64,000 nucleotides of DNA, taken from Catajapyx aquilonaris. Its lineage: Eukaryota. The stretch lies in contig JYFJ02001615.1 in assembly GCA_000934665.2 (NCBI GenBank), positions 1 through 64,000 on the forward strand, read 5' to 3'. Below are positions 38,901-50,887 of the stretch, in pieces. A program made the translations under genes and the position numbers. Under the pieces are notes generated by a model. It worked only from the letters and a program-made list of their open reading frames with translations, did no database searches and had not been told where the DNA came from. Numbering within the stretch: the stretch's first letter is position 1; every line of letters starts with the position of its first letter.

Positions 38901-41900
38901 ACCTGCCGATGGTCTCTGTCACTGCAAACTAATTGTCCGCGCATCACGAAGGCCCACAAGGCTGACCCTGTATCCGCGAATGCGGTGAAATGGTGCTCGG
39001 AAAACTGACTCTCACGATTCCTATCCCGAGCTAGTTTCGGCCCGCCTCGTTCATTATGTAGCCCTGTCAGCGTGAAGGACACTGCCGTTGCTACTCCAGC
39101 AATAAATTTGATACTAAGTGGTGGGACGCGACTTGTTTCTTCTGTCGATTGCTCACTTAACCATCCGGCTAGATATTTTATCACTTACAGCCCAGGTACT
39201 AATATCGGGAAATAAAAAAAAACAGGCTGCCAGTGGAGCGCGAATTTATTCTACACGTTCTAGTAGGCAAGATGATCAGAAAATGTAACTAAACACATAA
39301 GTTATGTGAATGCGCTTCTGAGACGGTGCTTCTGCAACACCCTGCATTTATACAGGGCTAAATTAATAATTTGCACAACATAAGAAGCAGCTTCCACCAC
39401 ATCCATTTAAATGCAAATCGGTCCCACTCCCTATACAACCCAAGTTGGATTATTTATGACAGAACCTTAGGCTGCAAATTATTCCTCCGAACTTAAAGGA
39501 CACTGAGCATTCCACGCGAATTGGCACGGTCTCCCGTAGTAATTAATTAACAAATCAGGCCGCATTCCTCCCTCGCCCACACCCAACACTTACAACCGCC
39601 TCTCGTCTTCGGCTAATCTGAATAATACAAGAGCCGAGACTCGATCCGGGTATACCCTCTGCCCAGACAAGCGCACACTTATGCTCACAATTTTCTCACC
39701 AGTTAACCAGGGGATAACACCGCACGCCCTGTCCTCGGGACAAGCAGGGCATGACGCCAGGGGATAATAAACCCTCAGACACGATTTGTAAGGGCCGGCT
39801 AATGACCAACATTTAGATTACCACGATGGTTATCATGGGACATCTCTACGAAACATCTGCCGCTCTGGAGTCGCCAACTTTGTTTTTTTTTTTTTTCGGC
39901 TGGTGTAAACCTGGGAGAGATGCAATATGGCCCATTTATTACCTGGTGTTGAGTGAAGTTGCCATTAGCGGTCAGACGGAATGCGGCATACCAGATAGTA
40001 TTGTTTCGCCATCACATTAAGATGTCACTTATCGAAAAGGCTTAAGGGCGTCGTAAATCACGCCGGGTTGCCTATTGACTCCTCTCAAGGAATTACTATG
40101 TCACCAGGGCCAGCACCATCATTATAGAATAAGCGGTTATGTAGTTTTGAACAATTGTTGGGAGATATACGTGGTGTTGAAGGAGAAAAAAAAGGGCGGA
40201 GGAGTATGATGGGGGCGTAACCAGGGCGATTCCTGCCCCGGGGCCAATGGGCGTACGGCTATTTGGGAAGGAGCAGAGGTATATTACACGATTCCGCCGC
40301 CTTTAATAGCTCGTTTCTCTATAGGTGCTGCAGCAGTATGCGGAGGTGGCAATGACGGCATGCAGCACAGGGCAGCGAGGGTGGGTTTGAGAGAAAGAGA
40401 AGAGAGGGTGGAGGGCTCCTGATGCGCCGACAAGCCTGCAGGCTCCCAATTAGCCTCAGCCCAATGGAGCAGGCGTGCACGCCAAACTCCTTGGGTACCT
40501 GGCATTTGGAAAATAAACCATTACTCGCGTGCCTTCAGGTCCCACCCCGTCCATGCCCTCAGATCGTCATGTCTTCGGAACCATTCTGTGATATTGCTGA
40601 TGTGCAATTGGGCTGATATTTTTAACACTTAAAGAGAGCCTTGTAGCAGCAATTGCCACACTAACTGTCATTACCGCCATGTGTGGCAACCGTGGGGAAA
40701 TCTGATTTATGTAAGGATTAAACAAGGCGATGGACTAAAGTGTTTTCGGTCCTTATATGGATGATCCTTTTAAGCATGTGTGATATGGCCAGCCACGTTT
40801 TTTTTAGAAACAAAAAATTATTAGGATGGGTTCAGAACCTCTGTCACCGTCAGATTGGAACGTAGAGTATACCCGAAAAGCCTTGGGTTTGCGTGGTGCT
40901 TGCTGATGGGAAGGTAAAGAGGAAAGGCGAGAAGGGTTGTCGGAAGAATGAAGGAGGAAGTTGAGGGTCCCTGAAACGTGGAGGCAGCAGCACGCGCACC
41001 TTCTCACAGCACAAAAGAAAACCCTCAACCTCCTTTCTCTCCCCCACTACCTTTTTTTTTCCTTTTTTCTTTTTTGGAAATTCTCTCTGGGTCTGCTCCC
41101 TCCTTCCTTCCAACCGCAAAACCAGCGACAAAGTGAAATGTAATTATCGCATTCCATCCAGACCTCGTCATGACCGTCAGCTGTAGGAAATGTCGTCATT
41201 ATACTTGGGTATTATATCTCGAGGAGTGGCGACCTTCTCCATTGAGTGCCTGCCCCATTTTCAGGAAAAGTGGCCTTCAACACCTCCTATAGTGTATATG
41301 GTGTACACAAGTGCACACTGCCATCAGAGCAATATAACAAACCCACACATCCCGAGTCTCTTTGTTTCTCTCTGGTGGACCTGCATCTGATGTTGCCCTT
41401 TGATAAGTTCTTAAATGACACTGAGTAAGAGTAACACAAATGCCATTGATAAACTGTGCTTGTCATCAATGCTTGATTCATGATAGAAATGAACTGCATG
41501 CATGTAATATCAACTGTACGTGAGCAGAATGCCCTTAATATCCAGCCCCATTCACTTTAGCAACAAAAAAAACTATTACACGCTCTTGTCTTCCTGGACA
41601 AGGACATAGTGATACATGGAACTATTTATTTAACCCCATGTTCAGTTTTGTAATTGTAGCTGTAATCAATAATTCAGCGTAAAACTTACGACATAAATAT
41701 TTTTTATGAAACATTAACAGAACTGTACTTGCAACTCAGTTTTAATTATTTCCTCCATATAATAGTACTTGCAGAATAAATAGGCCATAGACCTGCGAGG
41801 GGAATATAACTTCACATCACCAAAGCGATTGCAGGAAGGAGCGGTTCCGGATTTTGGCAAAAGGATTTTGTCCGGGAGGAAGCGACTGCTCCAGCCACGC

Positions 41901-43416
41901 CTCTCCTGGACTAACGAGGGGAATTGCCACCTTCAGTTGCAAATATACTTAACTAGCTGGAAATGAAAGGACGGCTGCTAATCAACTTATAACCTTTCCT
42001 ACTGTACTGTCTGAGCAACGTTCGATCCACCGACTTCCATCCAGGAATAAAGCTCGCAGTATATAAACGCTGCGTCATATTATGCGTGTAATAATAACAG
42101 GAAAAGGGAAGGCATCAGCAGCATCCAAGAGGAGCCACGTGTGAGTGTGCTGCAGGCAAGTGGCACCTGTCCCCCTCAGCTGGGCGTGCACTTGGAGGAG
42201 AAGCAGAAGGAGGACATGGAGAGGCTGCTGATGTCGTGGTCCATCTAAAGCCCCAAGGCGAGGAATGACAGGTCGTGACGGCCAGATCACGCTGCTTCAA
42301 GAAGCGGCTGTCATTCTCGTCCTCTAGGGATACGGCGGACAACGGATGACAACATCGCGTTTTTTTCACATGCTCAAGCACCTGCTCCTTGTACACGACC
42401 ACAGTCATGACTCGTACACTAAAAAAATTTCGCCTTTTTGTTATCCATAAACCGCGACGGCACAGTCATGACATGCAAAAAGTAGAGTATATATGGTTCG
42501 CATGTCCAATTCGATCCCCAGAATGTCCATCTAATGATGTCAGTAGTGATACATATAAAATAATCTGATAATATTGATTGATCATTGATATGTTCACTAG
42601 TGCCGCCAATTGGCCTATACGACTCCCAATATATCCTGAAACACCCTTCCAAACAATCACCAAAAAAAAAAAACGTGTATACTTCCTGGATGTGTAGTAC
42701 CCCGTGACATAACCAACCGGAGCGTTTGTGTATAATATTGCCTCGGTGCTCAGCTTCGACCCTGATGAAATAAGCTCCCTTCTCAGCCGCATCCTTATAG
42801 CCCCCTGCTCGGCACGTGGCAGACCTTCTGAGGAGATTTCCATACATCTCATGCCCCCTCTCCCATATATACGCCCTATACCCTTAGATTAGTTTCTTTA
42901 CCATTAATTTATGCACGTCAGTGGGAATGAGCTGACAGGAGAAAGCTGGTTCTTCCTCGCAGGCCCTGATTTAATTCCGGGCCGTTGCCAAACGACAGTA
43001 TAAATCGGCGGGGAAGTAAAACGGATAATATGGTGCGGCCTTCCGAAGATGGCTATATGACCCTCGTGACCTGCTGCACGTGCCGCTGCATGGTCACGCC
43101 CGATGCCCACATTCTCACATTGCCTATTTACTCGCTCACTCGAAAAAGACGGAGCTGAGCTGATATGATCCTTGGATGTCCACTTGCGCGGTAATGACCT
43201 CTGGGCAGAAAAACAGATAGTGATTGGGGAGGGCTGGACGGATTGAGGAGGCAAGAAAAATCCAGATAAGGGCCCCGCCAAAACAAATGTCCGGGGCGGG
43301 TTGCGAGTTGGGGACGTAATCAAACTTGCTGAGGAGGGATGGCCCTTTCCCCAGGGAGTTGGATCTAATCCCAGGCGCTCATGGTTTGTCACAGGGCCCA
43401 CTTGGGATCCACTGCA

Positions 43417-43419
<3 letters not shown>

Positions 43420-43470
<51 letters not shown>
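43420..43470. repeat. (CT)n microsatellite
   Basis: Uninterrupted CT run of about 25 units. Confidence 0.98.
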
Positions 43471-43473
<3 letters not shown>

Positions 43474-46400
43474 TCGTTTCGGTTCCATCGATATACCAGC
43501 AGCCTCCGAGCTCCAGCACCGGATCGATCCCAACGACCAAAACCCCAACCGACGCACTTGCATGCTAGCCCCTCTCTCAACTCTCACATTTATTTCTGCT
43601 GGGATGTGACCCCTCACACTTTGGCTCGATTTTCTATTATGCCCAGAAATGAAAAATAAGCCTATATGTTTTTTTTTTTGCATGTATTGAAACACCCTGT
43701 AGTCTTAACCATGGACGGGGCAAAAATAGGCCGTGTGTTAAATACTTGATGTTCTGAGCCTCATGTACCATGTGGCTTACGGTGCAAATATATTCTGACA
43801 TATGCCACATGTCATTTAGCATGCGGAACGGGCATATTCGGCGTCATATTTACGTAGACATTAAGAACAACTGAGTCGAATAATGAAATTAGTAACACTC
43901 GATGTAATCCAACTAGTACGGTGTCTAATTTCAATCTGGCCTTGGTTTTCAAAAATATTGCTCGAGTATCCGCGGGTATGACGTTCAGCCTTGACCACCC
44001 TGTCTAATTTAATTTGCTTCTATGACACTATCTTCAGCAGAGGCAATAACATCTACTTTGTGGGATCGGGGAGAGGGGGAAGAGAGAGGGGTTTGCTAAA
44101 TTGTTAGGATCCAGTTTCCTGCTCCGTTGCCATGAAATGTGGCCGTAAATACGAGTGGTTTGTCTCAACTTTTTTTTTTGTTCCGATGCCGAAGCTGTCA
44201 AACACGTTTGTAAGCTTATATTTATGCAGACGCTCGTTACGCTGACATCAGTTGACATATTCTATAGTTACACCTATACCAAACGAAGGGAAAATTGCAA
44301 TTAGTGAAACTTCCTTCATTCAACTAGTAGTACCCTGACATTGTGTATACGTCGCTCAAAAAATGAGCATCTCTATAGCAAAAACAAGCAACGTGCCTAA
44401 AATTCCATTAGAGTAGGCTAATTAGACTCTTAAATGTACAAGTCTGGTTACAGGTCAACATAATTGGCTGTTTCGTGCCTGAAAATAATCTATTAGTACA
44501 AATTTTATTTACTGGTATGACTTTCGTTTGCGGGCCAATCTATTAGCCAGGTATACATGCGACCTTGCAGACATTCAGGACAAACTCACCCTATATATTA
44601 TGATGACCACAGTACAGTTTCACAATTACCTAATAGCCAGATTGACTTGACGGGTGGAGAGTTTGATAATCGTCACATGCACTTAATTACGTAACCCAGC
44701 AAACTCCCGTTGAGATGGTCAAGTGCGTGATGATAATTAGATACGGACCCTCGGTGTCTCGAATCCTCATGAGAAAAATGGTTGGGTGTGCTTATATTCT
44801 CCTAGGTGCAGCTGGATAAGAAAAACGTGGCTGGGAAAATAGTTTTTTTTTTCCTTCTTCTTCTTCTTCCATCAAGTGCACCTGCGACTTTTGAGAGGGC
44901 GGGGGCGCTCATACATATCCCGAGCGATTATTCTCACTCGTCGTCCACCCCTACATTCCGATGGGAGGAACCCAAGTTTTCCTCGATTGTGAAAGCGGGA
45001 ATCTTCAACCAACGCACCAGGAAACAACTATTGAATGAAACCTGTAAAATTCTCGAGGTGTAGGTGTGCCATTTTTTTTTGCGAAGGTGTAAAGAATCGG
45101 CAGGCGCAGGGTGGGGGCGGTCGGGTGTGGGGGTGGGTTTCGCGTGCCAACTTTCGCAGCTCTTCCCCGACCAATATCAGGGCGGCTTATCTGGAAGGCT
45201 TTGCTGCAGTGCCCCAGGAAATTGCAGTGCGCCGCAGACAGCCACAACCAGGCCAACACGACTATATAGTTCGGCTAGCCTTGAAACACCAATGGAAAGA
45301 GGAGGGGTGGGGGGAGAGCCTCACCTTTCCAATCTTCACCAAATGGCTTCACGTCTGCCGATATCCTTTTTTTTACGAGAACAATTCTGGGGGGTTCTCT
45401 GCCATCCTCTCAATCATATGTCTTGATGGTAGAAAGTTGCTGAAAATTATAGCGCGGAAGGAACGGCCGTGATTTGTTCCAGAAAAAAATAGCGTGCTCT
45501 AGTTTTGATCCACCCTGTGCATGTGGAAGACATTGCGAGCAAATATGTGGTATGAAAATATTCAAATGTGAATGTCCCTAGCGAATTATCTGATTCATTA
45601 GCTAAACTGAGGTAATTTTTCCACTGACTGGAAGTGTTAGGGAGAAAAACAATATATTTAAAAAAAAATAGCCGATCCGTTTTTGGTCAGTTATAGTTGT
45701 TTCTGGAAGCTATAGAAATTATGGTCTGGCTAATTCCCCGTGCCAATGTGGCCGAAAAATGGGCAAGTTACGTAATTGGTCAGCAATCACGTGCCCCGAG
45801 GCTTTCGCTGTGGAGGGTCCCTCTTTCAAGACCACTCTTATAGATTCGCCTCGCCCTGGGTTTTTAAGAGGACTACCACCAGAGTCTCCCTGCAATTATG
45901 CCGACCTCCCACCTTTTTTCCGTTTCCTCTCTCTAGAATATCTGCTGCCTTCTTGTGCTGTAAGAGAGACACCCTCTCTTTCTCTCCACCATCACTTCCC
46001 ACGAAAGCGTCTCGCCTCGGGCAGGCTCTTTGCTTTTCTCAGCTTCAGAGAAAAAAAGAAATAATCATTATTATTTTTTTCTTTTCAAAAAAAGGTGTCC
46101 AGATTACATCCGTCCTGGTAGAGTGATGCGACTTGGCCGAGAAGACAGTTCCAGTTCTCCCAAGGCTCTGTTGACCCAGTGACCGAAATGATAAGAGAGG
46201 AGGGCTGCTGCTGGGACGAAGGCGATGGGGGAACTTGGAAAACTTGAAGAGTTCTCTCTGGAGAGTGTGAGGACAGTGGCATTTATTGCCGTACATGGCA
46301 CAGAGGTCAACAAGGATGCGGGCGTACATGTACACTTGTTGTATTTTTTTGTAAGAAGTGCAACTTTCACACTCGCGGTAAGTGGCGAACAAGTTGAAGG

Positions 46401-47408
46401 ACGGAAGAAACATGGGTCTACTCGACACTAATTATAATGAATGTTGAGTGGATACAGCACAACTATTACTCATGGAGTATTTTCTGGATTTAATTTTGAA
46501 GATCTTGATTTATTAACACTAGAAATGAAGGAGTCCAATTTGTTTATTTTTACTTACCTTCACTGTTTAATTGGTTGTAGGAAGAATATTCATGAATTTT
46601 ATGCGTTTGGGGCAAATAAAGGTGTGAAATATAAAAACAATTTTTGATATCCAAGACTATAGAAAATGCAGGAAGATAATAAATATTTTCGTTGCGGTTC
46701 TTCGTCCTAAATGCACATCAAATTCGTAACATTGATTGATTGAATAACCTATACGCGCAACGTACTGTATACAACGTACGATTGGACACATTTTCTTCAT
46801 ACTCAATTTCAAAATAGCGCCTAAATATTTAGTTGATTAAGCAATTCTCACTCCTACAATCATTATAATCGATTTATTTAAAAATATCCGAAATATCACC
46901 AAGCATTTGACCCATAGGTATATTCAGAGAAAGACCGAACTGTTATTGGCTACAAGGTATACAGGTCTAAGTACTTTGCATTTTTTTGTTTGCAATTTCG
47001 ATCAGCCCTGACCACAAACTGGTAGCGCGGGGACAAGTGTATGGCATTGTTTCAGATAGAATTAATTAATTCGGTCAGTATCAAGTGCATGCCATATCAG
47101 GTCCACGTAAAAGTCTAAATGTCACACATTTTCTAGACTTGATGAGTCATTCCCCACCACATGGCCAAGTGTGTTATCTCAAAGTAGCCTACTAATGATG
47201 CGAAAAGGTAATGGGCTTTTTTGTCGTTGAATCATCTGCTGTTGTGTCGCCCACGCGTCTAGATTTCTCCGCAAAAGAATGTGTGGGAAGTCGAGAGACA
47301 ACCTTCGACTTCGCGTTACTATCAAAATTACCAGCAGTTATTAAGAAAGAAAACTGGCCGTTGAGCACTTTTACGTGTGATTGAGTGCCTGCGGGCAAGC
47401 GAAATATA

Positions 47409-47412
<4 letters not shown>

Positions 47413-47487
<75 letters not shown>
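47413..47487. repeat. (TC)n microsatellite
   Basis: Uninterrupted TC run of about 37 units. Confidence 0.98.
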
Positions 47488-47489
<2 letters not shown>

Positions 47490-48056
47490 GGCCTTTTTTC
47501 CCTCTTTCTTTTCCAACTGATTTGGTAGCAGGTTTTTCATGGTCACGTCATAGCAGTTGCCCAAGTTTTTCATAGGACAAGAGAAGGTCCATTTCCGTTC
47601 CCACACAGAGCAAGTCGGTTAAATGGGTGCTGCCAGTCCACCTTGTGAATTAGACAGGACCCATCCCGTTTGCCTTTTGAGGATCCGCGCACTAAGTGGA
47701 CAGATCATGGCACCTGTGTCCGGGATGTAATTATTCTCCTCTATATACGTGGATAAGTCGGACCATCTGCGGTGAACCAGTTTTTTAAAAGGGTTTGGGC
47801 CCGGGTCATACCGTAGAAAGCGCACCAGAAGGGCGACAAGCTTTCACCATTGGTATAGTCTACCGCCTACCTTTCTGAAACCCTGCTTTTCGCCCACTTC
47901 CTTCAGCCTGTAAAAAAGAATCTGGCAGGTATAACTGCTACTGCGGGATGCAACCCACATGCAATGCGGCCGTTTCCTAACATGGTGCACGTAGACCTGA
48001 AATTACCCATGCGGAGTGACAAGACAACCAGACGCATAACTATTGTTTCAGCAACA

Positions 48057-48062
48057 TTTATT
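48057..48062 (-). promoter_or_regulatory. Candidate polyadenylation signal (AATAAA) of the HES gene
   Basis: TTTATT on the + strand about 390 nt past the stop codon. Alternative signals exist (ATTAAA at about 48305, AATAAA at about 46873 and 46543). Confidence 0.35.
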
Positions 48063-48447
48063 TCCAAGTCTATGGACTCATAATATTTTATGTACACGCA
48101 AAACAGCTTGAACCTTGACAATGAAAGAGACGGCTCGGCGAGGCTCCCGTCTCGATGCCTGCCACCGACGAAAGTAGAGGCGAACGACTCAAAAGGTGTG
48201 TCGCACCGGCAGCACGCGTCACGGCTTCCCGATTGAGTCAGTCAGTCATTCAGTCATCAGCAGACAGGATTTACGCCTGCACACAGACCATGCACGTGTC
48301 CTCCATTTAATCTTCTCACTCTCTTTCTCTCTCTTTTTTTTGTATGTATATGTAAGTGTATGTGTGTGTGTTTTGTAATCCCGTGCGTGTGCGTCCGCCG
48401 GTGCAGCAAGCGAGGAGATAATGACTATAGCCTGTGAAGCATGACGA

Positions 48448-49380
48448 CTACCACGGCCTCCAGAGAGGTTCAGTCTTAACACAGTCGGCCTCATCGTCGT
48501 CGTCGGCGGGCATCTCCTTCACTGGATGACCTTTCCTGGAGCAGTCCAGTGGCTGATCATTGTCGACGCTGCTCCCGACAGCCGGACTGGGGTACACCTG
48601 TGCCCATCCGCCGCCGGCTTCCATCATGGGCGCCGGCACCAGAAGCATCAACTGGCCGTTTGGAAGTCTGGCCGGCAGCACCGGGACGCCTCCGACGCCC
48701 AGGAGCGCCGCGGATGTGGCCAGCGGAAGAGCCATGGTGGCCATCACGGCGCCGTCCTTGGTGCGATTGTTGTTCAGGTCGTCTGACGGACCGGTGAACG
48801 AAGGTGTGGGAGACATGGAGGAGGAAGAGGAGGAGGAAGAAGAAGCGTCCAGGTCGTCGGTGTTGGCTCCTGTGCTGACTGGGGACGGCGCCCGGCTTGT
48901 CTGGGTGGCCACGCTGGGGGCCCTGCATGGCCGAAGAGCACCGCCAGCGGCACCTCCCTCGGCCATGGGCAGCTCTGCTTGTCTGGCCGCCTGAGCCAGA
49001 AGGTCCTCCTCATCTCCGCTGGCAGAGTCCGGACTGGCCAGCTCCTCCACGCACGTGTTCAGGTGGTTCAGCAGCCGGTGTCTGGTGGCCACGTCCAACC
49101 CGCTGGCCCCGTCCAAGAAGCTGGCAACTTGCCTGGTGCACTCCTGGAAACCGGCCCGGAACTTTCCCAGCACCTCAACCGTGCTTTCAACCGGTGTTGG
49201 ACCACTGGAAGCAGGGATGGGGTCAGGAGTCGGCGGTGGTGGTGTTGAAGCGTCATCCGAGACTGCCGCCTCGCCATTGCTCGCCAAAGGTCGGGATCTG
49301 CTTTGCTGCTGGAGGGCACGAAGGTGACGCACTGTCAGCTCCAAAATATCCGCCTTCTCCAGTTTGGAATGCTTGGTATT
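48448..49380 (-). CDS. Sidpn: Exon 3 of a Hairy/E(spl) bHLH-Orange repressor (Similar-to-Deadpan-like): helix 2, Orange domain, HC region, WRPW
   Basis: Acceptor ttttgtgtctcctcag|AAT; 933 bp, phase 0. Encodes NTKHSKLEKADILELTVRHL (bHLH loop/helix 2), KFRAGFQECTRQVASFLD...RLLNHLNTC (Orange domain), LPARLPNGQLMLLVP (Hairy/Dpn HC-like motif) and a terminal WRPW* Groucho-binding tetrapeptide. Confidence 0.95.
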   Translation of the reverse strand, partial: NTKHSKLEKADILELTVRHLRALQQQSRSRPLASNGEAAVSDDASTPPPPTPDPIPASSGPTPVESTVEVLGKFRAGFQECTRQVASFLDGASGLDVATRHRLLNHLNTCVEELASPDSASGDEEDLLAQAARQAELPMAEGGAAGGALRPCRAPSVATQTSRAPSPVSTGANTDDLDASSSSSSSSSMSPTPSFTGPSDDLNNNRTKDGAVMATMALPLATSAALLGVGGVPVLPARLPNGQLMLLVPAPMMEAGGGWAQVYPSPAVGSSVDNDQPLDCSRKGHPVKEMPADDDDEADCVKTEPLWRPW

Positions 49381-50791
49381 CTGAGGAGACACAAAAAGCG
49401 CATTTTAAGCCTACTGTCCAGTTTACTCAATCCTATGGAAATGACCATCAAGCACCAATTGAGTCCACGTCTAGTATATAGAGAGGTCAAGTGGCAGGGA
49501 GGAACGCGCACGCTCTCATGTGCATATATGCAAGGGATGGCATCAGGCGAGAGGAACGATCTTCCATGCATGGTTGGCTTCTTGGCATGAGCCGTCATTC
49601 AGGCCAAAGAAGAGATAGAGCACACACACACCTGCGACTTGACCCTTTCCTGATCCGCCCAGCTCGCGTGTGCACATTTTTATAGTTCCGGGTTACAGGA
49701 AGGCGGTTTTTAATCGACGCCTTCCGTTTACGGATTTCTGGTATGTTGTCATTAAAAAACGTGGGAAAAAAAGTTAGCCACGCGCCTGTACAGGTCATCG
49801 CTGCAACCGTGGAAAGCCCGCCGTCTCTGATTGAATGAAAGGCCGTTCAACCCTGAGAGTAAGGAAAAAGGGGGGCAACCTCTCTCTTCTGGGTACCCTC
49901 GAGTCACATGGGACAGCCAGCAGGAAGACAGCTACTTTTTTACTATACTATTTATCCGGTCGCGATTTCTCCCGGATGAAAAGGAGAACGTCTCCGGACT
50001 ACCAACTCTCTCTCTATCAGCTTTTTTCCGCACCTCCTTTCTCATATCTGGTGCCCTCAAGTGGAGGTCAGCTGTTTGCGGCTTGGGTGCGACAAACTCC
50101 GGATAATTCCGGCTTGGAGGTCGTGCCTGGTGCTATACGGATTGAATTTTTGTCAAGCCCATTTTCATTCCCACGGCCATTTTCCACCCCTCACCCAGTT
50201 TTCACGCTCTGGGAGATCTTTCGGAGGACACGGGCTTAAACGAAGCAAGTCGCCCAGCCATGCACACCGGAATATATATAAAAAAGAGACGCCCCCGACG
50301 TGCAGCTGGCACGCTTTGCATGCTACGCTTCTATAGTATTTCTACCCTATAAGCTCCCCCGTGCCAACCACGGCAGCTACACGTTCCGTCACGTACACCA
50401 GAACATTGCAAGCTGGCAATTTTTTTTTATACCGTATGCGTAACATAGCTTGAAGGTGTGAATCCCTATAAATTTTGCGTTATCGAGAACCAATATGTAG
50501 ACGCCCGATAAATCAGATTGCAATCTTTCGTTGGGAGCCGCAGGTGCGCCATTCACGTATTCTTTAATCTCAGGGGCTGTCAAAAAATATCTGCGGTACA
50601 GGACGCCTTGATTTTTTCAGTGCACGTGCGTGCTTCGGATTCTGTTCACGTTTGGTGTGGTCGTATGTATATAGTGACGCGTGGGTTGGCATCGATCACG
50701 TTGACACCTGCAGGATCGCGTTTATAGTGAGGGGGGGGGGGGGGGACGGCGGACGGCGAATTCTGGGTGCACAGGTGTGTAGAGGGCTTAC

Positions 50792-50887
50792 CTCTAGCTT
50801 GATGGAATCCAGGATGAGGCTCTTGAGGATGGCCAGGCTTTGATTGATGCGTGCTCGCCGTCGCTTCTCCATCAGCGGTTTGTTTGC
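50792..50887 (-). CDS. Sidpn: Exon 2 of the HES gene: basic region and helix 1
   Basis: Acceptor ttttcctttgcag|GCA and donor GAG|gtaagc; 96 bp, phase 0/0. Encodes [32 protein letters not shown], with the HES-diagnostic basic-region proline. [12 protein letters not shown] and ILELTVRH match what I remember of Sidpn/side rather than hairy or deadpan. Confidence 0.95.

Noticed and set aside
42904..43695. 263-aa minus-strand ORF (and similar ORFs at 35689-36084 and 47328-47606)
   Set aside because: They are kept open by GA/CT microsatellites (ERERER/LSLSLS), with no domain and no splice support.
46400..48447. K-box, Brd-box and GY-box microRNA sites expected in E(spl)-type 3' UTRs
   Set aside because: None was found by eye in the sense orientation near the stop codon. 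The nearest GY-like word (about 45525) is probably beyond the UTR.
49381..49392. MSPQ start given for the 314-aa ORF
   Set aside because: It lies in the intron acceptor tract and would omit the basic region and helix 1.
48526..49481. Multiple overlapping ORFs on both strands
   Set aside because: These are shadow frames of the GC-rich HES exon 3.
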